A stretch of DNA of 64,000 nt from NCBI GenBank assembly GCA_028715175.1, contig JAQUSJ010000001.1:404550-468549 (forward strand), read 5' to 3'. This document shows, piece after piece, positions 57,349 to 64,000 of this stretch. Source of the DNA: Candidatus Daviesbacteria bacterium (GTDB lineage: Bacteria > Patescibacteriota > Microgenomatia > Daviesbacterales > UBA10151). Under the pieces are notes generated by a model. The model had not been told where the DNA came from. It did not search any database and was given only the letters and a program-made list of their open reading frames with translations. The stretch's first letter is position 1, and the number at the start of each line of letters is the position of its first letter. The translations under genes were made by a program, and so were the position numbers.

Positions 57349-58997
57349 CATTTATTGGTTTCCAGGAGCTCTTGTTTTAGTATTTGATTGTCTGGGTCAA
57401 TGTTTAGAAGTTGTTTAAAAATTTCCCTTGCTTTGTCTTTATCCCCCATGTTCAAATAAATAATTCCGATAGCATTCTGCAACGAGAGGTTTTTTGGATT
57501 TATTTGGGCGGCCTTTTGAAAATTCAAAAGGGCAAGATCGTATTTTTTTTGCTCAAAATATACTGCTCCGATATTTTGATAAGATTGCCATAAATTAGGA
57601 TTATATTTAAGGGCATTTTGATAATTTTCCAGGGCTTTTTCCGGTTCATTCAGCTCTTTATAGGTATTTGCTAAATTGTGATAAGCGTCGCCATAGTCAG
57701 GTTTTAGCGCAATTGCTTTTTGGAATTCCTGCAAAGCTGTAAACTTATCGCCTCTTCTTCCGTAAACGTCACCTAAATTATTGTGCGCATTAGGGGAAGA
57801 TGGTGAAGTTTTTCCGGTTGCTATCCAAAGATTATCCTCAGACCTCCAGTCTATATTTCTGACAATAGTCCTTGAAGTAAATAAAATAATTGTTATAGCA
57901 AATAGAATATATCCGGTTTGCCTGAATTTTGCAGAACTTACTAGTTTATCAAACCAGAGTCCTGCCAAGGCCAAAATTCCAACAATAGGAAGGTATAAAT
58001 ACCTTTCGGCAACAACCCAGTTTAACCTGAGGGGGGTTAAAGTCGGGGATAGGGCAATCAGGAAAAATGATAACCAAAAAAAGATGAATTTATTTTTCTT
58101 AAAGCTAATTAAGGTCCCAGCTAACAAGGCAATAGTGATTAGTAATCTGATGATAAACTGGATTTGGCTGAAAGCCAGTTCAGAATGGTAAAGCGTCAGC
58201 GTTTTGGGAAAAAAGATCATCTCAAGATATGAAGTTACGGCAATAGTGACAATTGCGATGGGATTATCAATCCCTCTTTGCTGATAATGTACGGATCTTA
58301 AAGTAGTTTCCCGTTCCGGTAAGGCATTTAAAGTAATCAATGCAAAAAATAGCGAGATAAAAAGGTAGGGGAGCATTTTAGGCCAATTTTTTTTAAGTCC
58401 GCCGGCCGCCGAACCAAACGTGACTTCAAAGAGGGGAAATATTAAAAAAAGCGCTAAAGGCATTTGCGGGTGCGACATGAGAGAAAAAAGGTAAGTTGCT
58501 ACAGAGAGCCAATACAGGAAAACTCTCTTTTTTGAAAGCAGATATAGAACAAAAGAGAGCAAAAAGAAGAATGCATATTGTGTATACATACCTCCGGAGA
58601 TCCAAACTACGGCTTCGGAAATTGCCGGATGGACAGCAAACAAACTGGCTACGAAAAAGCCTAAACGTTTGGAATAAAGAAGATTAAACAAGGCATAAAT
58701 TAGAAAAACCGAGCCAAGGTGAAAAAAGATACTGGATAACCTAAAAAGGGCCGGATTAAGTCCTCCAATTTGAAAAATAAGCCAGTATAGAAATGGTCTT
58801 ATGAAGCCAAACGCGCGATTAAAGATATTACTGAAGCTACCGATGTTGGGATTCTGGACGATTTCAGTAAGATCGTCTGATAAAAAAGCATTGTTTAGTG
58901 AATTGCCATATGCAACCAAGACCAGTATTAACAGGAAAAGCAAACTAAACCGGTGTTTTCCGATTGCTTGGGCAAAGATCATTGTTAAAGTATACAA
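57348..58997 (-). CDS. TMTC-like protein: N-terminal polytopic GT-C/DUF1736-type domain + C-terminal TPR repeats (putative protein O-mannosyl/glycosyltransferase)
   Basis: N-terminal AYGNSLNNAFLSDDLTEIVQNPNI motif and about 10 TM helices. C-terminal TPR repeats (NNLGDVYGRRGD..., YHNLANTYKEL..., YQNIGAVYFEQ...). Confidence 0.7.
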   Translation of the reverse strand: MYTLTMIFAQAIGKHRFSLLFLLILVLVAYGNSLNNAFLSDDLTEIVQNPNIGSFSNIFNRAFGFIRPFLYWLIFQIGGLNPALFRLSSIFFHLGSVFLIYALFNLLYSKRLGFFVASLFAVHPAISEAVVWISGGMYTQYAFFFLLSFVLYLLSKKRVFLYWLSVATYLFSLMSHPQMPLALFLIFPLFEVTFGSAAGGLKKNWPKMLPYLFISLFFALITLNALPERETTLRSVHYQQRGIDNPIAIVTIAVTSYLEMIFFPKTLTLYHSELAFSQIQFIIRLLITIALLAGTLISFKKNKFIFFWLSFFLIALSPTLTPLRLNWVVAERYLYLPIVGILALAGLWFDKLVSSAKFRQTGYILFAITIILFTSRTIVRNIDWRSEDNLWIATGKTSPSSPNAHNNLGDVYGRRGDKFTALQEFQKAIALKPDYGDAYHNLANTYKELNEPEKALENYQNALKYNPNLWQSYQNIGAVYFEQKKYDLALLNFQKAAQINPKNLSLQNAIGIIYLNMGDKDKAREIFKQLLNIDPDNQILKQELLETNK

Positions 58998-58999
58998 GA

Positions 59000-59602
59000 T
59001 TATCTGGGGATAGTTAAGATAGTCCCGGGTTCAATCAAATCCGGATTTTGGATGTTATTTGCTTTGGCAATTTTATCAAAGGCGTATATATCCCCATAAG
59101 CGCGACCGGCTATTTTGGAAAGCCAGTCGTTCTCCACAACTGTGTATGTGTCGCCATCAATCTTTGGTCCCCAAATAGTCATATTTCCTCCACCTGTACC
59201 TAAGGTTTCTGTTGAGGTCTCTGTTTGGGCTTGTTGAACTTCCAATTTTGGAATTTCAAGTACTTGTCCTGTTTCGACTTGGTCGGGATTTGTTAAATTA
59301 TTTGCCTGGGCAATCTCCGTATATTTATAGCCGTCTTGATAGTATTTATCCGCGATCATGAATAAGGTATCACCATCTTTGACAGTATATTTACCAGGAA
59401 GTTTGTTTGGTGAAACATCTGTTTCTGCTTGCGTTTGTTGAGCAGGACCTAAACTGGATTTGCTTTGATTGAGGTAATTAAAGATTAAAATTCCAATGAC
59501 TAAAATAATTAACACGCCTAAAACTAAACTAACTCTGGATTGATTAGATTGAATTTCTTTTTCAAGTTTCTCTAAATAATTACTGGAAGTTTTTTTAGCC
59601 AT
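59000..59602 (-). CDS. LysM-domain protein (two LysM repeats, N-terminal TM anchor)
   Basis: YTVKDGDTLFMIADKYY and YTVVENDWLSKIAGRAYGD LysM motifs. Confidence 0.8.
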   Translation of the reverse strand: MAKKTSSNYLEKLEKEIQSNQSRVSLVLGVLIILVIGILIFNYLNQSKSSLGPAQQTQAETDVSPNKLPGKYTVKDGDTLFMIADKYYQDGYKYTEIAQANNLTNPDQVETGQVLEIPKLEVQQAQTETSTETLGTGGGNMTIWGPKIDGDTYTVVENDWLSKIAGRAYGDIYAFDKIAKANNIQNPDLIEPGTILTIPR

Positions 59603-59677
59603 TTTTTTTGGGGCAGTCCGCCAGCTGGCGGATGAGGACAGTTATTAACTTTTACTTTTTATTCCAAATTAGCTTAT

Positions 59678-59707
59678 TTGTCAAGAGGGTAAATATTTTG
59701 TTACAAT
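59678..59707 (+). promoter_or_regulatory. Promoter for tRNA-Asp (TTGTCA-18-TACAAT)
   Basis: Good hexamers about 15 nt upstream of the tRNA 5' end. Confidence 0.5.
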
Positions 59708-59721
59708 ATCCAACGTATCTT

Positions 59722-59795
59722 GGGGCCGTAGCTCAGTTGGTTAGAGCGTCTGGTTGTCAACCAGAAGGTCGCGGGTTCAAGTCCCGTCGGCCCCG
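59722..59795 (+). tRNA. tRNA-Asp (anticodon GTC)
   Basis: GGGGCCGTAGCTCAGTTGGTTAGAGC...anticodon loop TTGTCAA...GGTTCAAGTCC...CGGCCCCG, followed by a T-tract. Confidence 0.9.
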
Positions 59796-59895
59796 CATTT
59801 TTTGTACGAAGATCCAATTTTGGAACACCTTTTTGAAGCTACATCATTCTCCTGAGGTTGACTTTTAGCCTATAAGGCTATATTATTCCTAATAT

Positions 59896-60840
59896 ATGTT
59901 ATTAAAAGAAGCAAGCGAAGTGATGCCTGATCTAGACAGGATAGCTATCATAGAACAAGCTAAACCCTTTGATCCTCTTACCCGTTTGGCAGAATTTACA
60001 AGCAGGTTTCCAGTTGCCATAGAAATTCTAAGGGTAGGCGGTGTTCATCCTACCGAAGATGCAAAAATGGACAATCCTTACACTGGTAAACCCCATGATG
60101 AATCCTTTACTAATATTGGTGAACATTGTTTAGCAGTCGCCTCCCTTGCCAGTACATTAGCTTTTAGACTACACGAAAGAGGAGCTTTATCAGTAGCAGA
60201 AGCAGAGTTAGTTACCAGCAGAGCTTTAATTCATGATGCCAATAAAAGGATTGAGATTATGCGTAGAAATGCGGTTAGAGAAGGAGTTGTTGAAGAGGCT
60301 TATACACCCAAAGCTTATGAAACTATTAAACCCATTTTAGAAGCTAGAGGAGTGGATCCAGAACTTGTTAATTATATGGTTGATGCAGGAAAAGAAACTG
60401 GGCATTTAAGCATCCGGGATTTTCTGATGCTTGTAGATGGAGCACCTACTTTAGTACCAAACAGAATGGCTGAAAGGATTATTCATTTAGCAGACGATAT
60501 GACTTCAACAAGTATTCCTAACCCTGGCGAGAGGCCTCTAACTGTTTATTTAACAACTTGGGAAAGAATGGTTGCCTCAGAATTTCCCAATAGATACCCA
60601 TTCCTATGGAAAGAAGGGTTAGCATTTGATAAGGATGGAGGAGTTACAGTTGTACAGGACATTGAATCAGCTGACCGCAGTCTGAGATGGATTGGAAACT
60701 ATGCCTATTGGCAACCATCTGTATCGAATGAAATTTGCGGAGGAATTCAGTCAATGATTGATCCTGGAAACAAACAAAGACCTGAATATTTTGTCAAGGA
60801 TTTAGTTAATAATGCGTTAGTTCCTGCAACTAATACCTAA
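59896..60840 (+). CDS. Hypothetical protein, possible HD-domain phosphohydrolase
   Basis: H (GEHCLAVA) then ALIHDANK then LADD spacing is reminiscent of HD-domain metal ligands. Weak. Confidence 0.4.
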   Translation: MLLKEASEVMPDLDRIAIIEQAKPFDPLTRLAEFTSRFPVAIEILRVGGVHPTEDAKMDNPYTGKPHDESFTNIGEHCLAVASLASTLAFRLHERGALSVAEAELVTSRALIHDANKRIEIMRRNAVREGVVEEAYTPKAYETIKPILEARGVDPELVNYMVDAGKETGHLSIRDFLMLVDGAPTLVPNRMAERIIHLADDMTSTSIPNPGERPLTVYLTTWERMVASEFPNRYPFLWKEGLAFDKDGGVTVVQDIESADRSLRWIGNYAYWQPSVSNEICGGIQSMIDPGNKQRPEYFVKDLVNNALVPATNT

Positions 60841-61036
60841 CTGTTGTAAAGTCTTATATTGGTATATTAAACTTCTGTATAGGTGTTCAAGATTTTTACT
60901 CTTGAACTCGCATAGGCACGAAATATTAGGAATCTACCGAAATCTTTCGAAAATCGAGGCTAAAAGTGTTCCAATTAACTCAAATAGTAGAAGCCTATAG
61001 TTGCCTTTACTTCTCTACAGCCATAACTAACAACTC

Positions 61037-61954
61037 TTGGCTATTACGATTAGAGCGCATATAATAAAGCCTATGTTAAAAGGTGGACCAGAAATAGAAA
61101 AAGGAGCATCAATAACCGTTGAGACTGTACTACAAAGTATTGAACAAACAGAAAGCTGGTGGGGGCAATTACAAGCTTTGATGCAACAAGGTAAGCCAGT
61201 AAAAGGTTTTATCTCAGATGTTATAGAAGTTTGGAGTCAACTGGAAATAGCTGCTCAAAATCTCCAATCTCAACTTCCTCAAAATCCAGCAGAAGCAGCA
61301 AAAATAAAAGCATTATGGATTATTTCAGCTCCTGGTACTTATTTTCAAGCTTCTAAACAAGATCGCTACGTCAGTAAACCTTGGTCTCGTTGGATGGATA
61401 GGCAAAGAATAAACTATGCTCTGCAAATTGGTAGAAAACTTGCTGAAATGAAATTAGGACATCCGATTAGCAATAATTGGGCAGATGCAGAAAGGGAATT
61501 GACTGAGCAAGGTCCTCTGGTAGTATATAATGGCACGCCTGCAGAAAATGCAGCTGTTTTGGAAGCAAAGAAAGCACCTTGGTTTCGTATCCCTGAAGCT
61601 AATATTTATCCAGGCAACAAAATACTTGTTATTAGCCCAATAGCAGATATTGATAACACTGTTGACCAAATAAAAAGTTTTCACTTACCACCAGTGTTTG
61701 ATATTAATTTAAGAGATGAAATTGGAGTAGTTTTACATGCTCCCCAAGCAGTAAGGTTTCTGTATATGCTAGCTAATTTCCAAGAGACGGTTCCAGAAGG
61801 AGCTAATATGCGGGTATTTGCTTTACCTACCCCAGAAGGTGGATTTCCGGAATATCCAATGCAAGAGTTAAGGGGTACAACTTATTACCGTTTTATTGCA
61901 AATCCTCCAATAGCTGCTGAATCTCCTTATCCATTTAAAAATCTATCCAGCTGA
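61037..61954 (+). CDS. Hypothetical protein (305 aa, soluble)
   Basis: Long ORF, no recognised motif. Confidence 0.45.
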   Translation: MAITIRAHIIKPMLKGGPEIEKGASITVETVLQSIEQTESWWGQLQALMQQGKPVKGFISDVIEVWSQLEIAAQNLQSQLPQNPAEAAKIKALWIISAPGTYFQASKQDRYVSKPWSRWMDRQRINYALQIGRKLAEMKLGHPISNNWADAERELTEQGPLVVYNGTPAENAAVLEAKKAPWFRIPEANIYPGNKILVISPIADIDNTVDQIKSFHLPPVFDINLRDEIGVVLHAPQAVRFLYMLANFQETVPEGANMRVFALPTPEGGFPEYPMQELRGTTYYRFIANPPIAAESPYPFKNLSS

Positions 61955-61993
61955 GCCCACTACGTTCATGTGAACTAAACGTGGTTCGCCAAG

Positions 61994-62002
61994 TGGTATA
62001 CT
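61994..62002 (+). promoter_or_regulatory. Extended -10 (TGgTATACT) giving a leaderless PolX transcript
   Basis: -10 ends 6 nt before GTG 62009. No SD. Confidence 0.4.
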
Positions 62003-62008
62003 ATTTTT

Positions 62009-63760
62009 GTGGAAATATCTAATCAACGATTGGCTAAAATCCTCCGCAATGTATCAGCTGCATACACTCTTAAAAAAATCGGTAATATTTTTCAAATTCG
62101 CGCTTATGAAAATGCCGCTGATGCAATAGAGCATTCAACTGCAGAAATTCAGGATCTTTGGCAGGAAGGTAAACTCTCAGAAATTCCAACATTGGGAGAA
62201 AAACTCCAGGATTATTTGGATGAATTGTTTACAAAAGGGAAAGTTAAGCATTTTGAGCAGGTCGAGAAAGGTATCCCTGCTGTAGTGTTTGACTTACTTG
62301 ATATCGGCGGAGTGGGGCCAAAAAATGCGGCCAAGTTAGCTGAATTGGGTGTAAAGGATCTGGAGGATTTAAAAAAGAAAATTAAGTCAGGTGAGCTAGT
62401 TAGTAAAGGTTTTTCTGCTAAAATCGCCCAAAATATCATGTCAGGTCTTCTTGACTTAGATCAACAGGAGCACAGGATGCTTTTGCCATATGCTTTTGCG
62501 CAAGCTGACAAGATTTTGAATTATCTAAAAAAGAACCCTGATATATTAGAGGTACACCCCTTAGGTTCCTTGCGGAGAATGGCGGCAACAGTAGGGGATT
62601 TGGACTTTTCAGTCAGCTCGGAAAAAGAAAAAGAAGTGGTGGAATATTTTTGTAAGATGCCGGGAGTTTCCCGGGTGGTTGATAAAGGAGAAAACAAGGC
62701 TACGATAGTTTTGACAAGCGGTATTCAGGTTGACTTATTGGTTGGTAAACCTGAAAGTTATGGAGCCCTTTTGCAGCATTTTACAGGCTCCAAAGCTCAC
62801 AATATTAAGCTGAGGACTCTTGCTCAGCAAAAAGGTTTCTCTTTGTCTGAATATGGAGTCAAAAATGTCACAAGTAACAAGCTGCAAGAGACAAGAACAG
62901 AAGAAGAGTTTTACAAATTGCTGGGAATGCAGACTCCTCCGCCGGAGATAAGGGAAAATAGCGGGGAAATCGAGGCTGCGTTAAAGCATAAATTACCTGA
63001 TTTGGTGACATTTGAAGACATAAAAGGGGATTTGCATGTTCATTCAAACTTCAAAATAGAAAATCCTTCGCACGGAGCCGGTGTCGATTCTATAGAAAAT
63101 ATTATTAAAAGAGCGGAAGAGCTGGGTTATGATTATGTGGGAATTGCAGATCATCCACCTGGTTTTACAGCTGTTAGCAGAGAACAAATAATTAAATGGA
63201 TAAAAAAGAGGACAAAATTTATTCAACAAATCCGTCAGCCGTCAGAGAGTACAAAAAGTGTTCGAGTAATAAATAGTCTCGAAGTAGATATACTTAAAGA
63301 TGGGTCTTTGTCTGTGCCTGACGAAGCTTTGGCTATGCTTGACTTATGTATTGCAGGAATCCATTCAGGTCATAGAGGTTCGAGGGGAGAAATTACTAAG
63401 AGATTGATGAGGGCTTTAGAAAATCCTTATGTAGATATTATTTCTCACCCTACCAACAGACTGCTTAACGAGAGGGAATCATCGGATGCTGACTGGGAAG
63501 AGATTTTCAAAGTTGCTTCCGAAAAAAATAAAATTTTGGAGATTAATGCTTATCCTAACAGGCTGGATTTAAGAGATGATCTGGTGAGGGCGGCTTTAAG
63601 CTTCGGGGTTAAATTCATTATAAATACGGATGCGCACGAAATTTCGCAGATGGATAATATGAGGTTTGGGGTAGCAGTGGCCCGCAGGGGTTGGGCTACA
63701 AAAAAAGATGTAGTTAATACCTGGGACTGGACAGATCTTGCAAGATGGTTTAAACTTTAA
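62009..63760 (+). CDS. polX: DNA polymerase X family protein with C-terminal PHP phosphoesterase domain
   Basis: HhH motifs, GSLRRMAATVGDLDFSV nucleotidyltransferase motif. The PHP domain has LHVHSNF, GIADHPPG, ISHPTNR and INTDAHE. Confidence 0.85.
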   Translation: MEISNQRLAKILRNVSAAYTLKKIGNIFQIRAYENAADAIEHSTAEIQDLWQEGKLSEIPTLGEKLQDYLDELFTKGKVKHFEQVEKGIPAVVFDLLDIGGVGPKNAAKLAELGVKDLEDLKKKIKSGELVSKGFSAKIAQNIMSGLLDLDQQEHRMLLPYAFAQADKILNYLKKNPDILEVHPLGSLRRMAATVGDLDFSVSSEKEKEVVEYFCKMPGVSRVVDKGENKATIVLTSGIQVDLLVGKPESYGALLQHFTGSKAHNIKLRTLAQQKGFSLSEYGVKNVTSNKLQETRTEEEFYKLLGMQTPPPEIRENSGEIEAALKHKLPDLVTFEDIKGDLHVHSNFKIENPSHGAGVDSIENIIKRAEELGYDYVGIADHPPGFTAVSREQIIKWIKKRTKFIQQIRQPSESTKSVRVINSLEVDILKDGSLSVPDEALAMLDLCIAGIHSGHRGSRGEITKRLMRALENPYVDIISHPTNRLLNERESSDADWEEIFKVASEKNKILEINAYPNRLDLRDDLVRAALSFGVKFIINTDAHEISQMDNMRFGVAVARRGWATKKDVVNTWDWTDLARWFKL

Positions 63761-63763
63761 TCA

Positions 63764-64000
63764 ATGACAGTTTATATCCTGATCGGAGTGGGAGTTTTAT
63801 TGTTATTCTGGCTATTTGCTACATACAACTCGCTTGTTACTTTGCGTAATCGTGTTCGTGAAGCCTGGTCTCAAATCGACGTGCAACTGAAAAGACGGTC
63901 ATCTTTAATCCCAAACTTAGTCGAAGTTGTGAAGGGTTATGCCAAGCATGAAAAGAGCGTTTTTGAAAATGTTACAAAAGCAAGAAGTGCCCTTTTGGGT
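63764..64000 (+). CDS. lemA: LemA family protein; 3'-truncated by window edge
   Basis: N-terminal TM then [43 protein letters not shown], the conserved LemA core. Confidence 0.8.
   Translation, partial: MTVYILIGVGVLLLFWLFATYNSLVTLRNRVREAWSQIDVQLKRRSSLIPNLVEVVKGYAKHEKSVFENVTKARSALLG

Noticed and set aside
59608-59868. 86-aa + strand ORF
   Set aside because: Overlaps the tRNA-Asp promoter and gene on the same strand; translation reads through the tRNA sequence. Spurious.
1-64000. CRISPR array / cas genes, rRNA genes, integrase or transposase
   Set aside because: No regularly spaced direct repeats with unique spacers were seen. The only tandem repeats are the (CTGATAG)x3 heptamers. No rRNA-like conserved stretches. 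No ORF has recombinase or transposase motifs.

Overview
The window is AT-rich, gene-dense bacterial chromosome that is almost entirely coding on the + strand. Compact genes, overlapping start/stop codons and leaderless starts suggest a small-genome, possibly CPR/Patescibacteria-like organism; this is inference, not proven.

Layout:
- (i) 1-16.3 kb: large surface-glycan assembly locus with six GT4, a GT2, three GT-C-type integral membrane glycosyltransferases, a hexapeptide acetyltransferase, a Wzy/O-antigen-ligase-like protein, an initiating sugar-phosphate transferase and a DUF4012-like protein.
- (ii) recO, glyQS, then an unusual dcw cell-wall/division cluster: mraZ-rsmH-ftsL-ftsI-murE-murB(short)-murA-murF-mraY-ftsW-murG-ftsQ-ftsA-ftsZ.
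- (iii) An ileS-rodA-rplU-rpmA-parB operon preceded by a strong promoter, an Ile-codon-rich leader peptide and an intrinsic terminator, which I interpret as a classical attenuator.
- (iv) lepB, tRNA-Val, and a giant 1796-aa minus-strand protein with an N-terminal soluble M48-like Zn-peptidase domain and a C-terminal ABC1/UbiB-type kinase domain, flanked by about 330 bp of non-coding DNA on each side.
- (v) A trehalose module: sensor-TM-HAMP fused OtsA, then OtsB, then a six-hairpin glycoside hydrolase.
- (vi) A second glycan module (Wzx, GT2, Wzy-like, GT-C), then tRNA-Gly, a VOC protein, tRNA-Thr, a TMTC-like TPR membrane protein, a LysM protein, tRNA-Asp, two unknown genes, PolX and LemA.

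A 150-170 nt structured intergenic repeat with an embedded terminator occurs twice in full (after 19200 and after ftsZ) and once in part. No CRISPR array, rRNA, integrase or transposase was found.

All protein calls come from motifs I recognise by eye in the supplied translations; no database searches were run.
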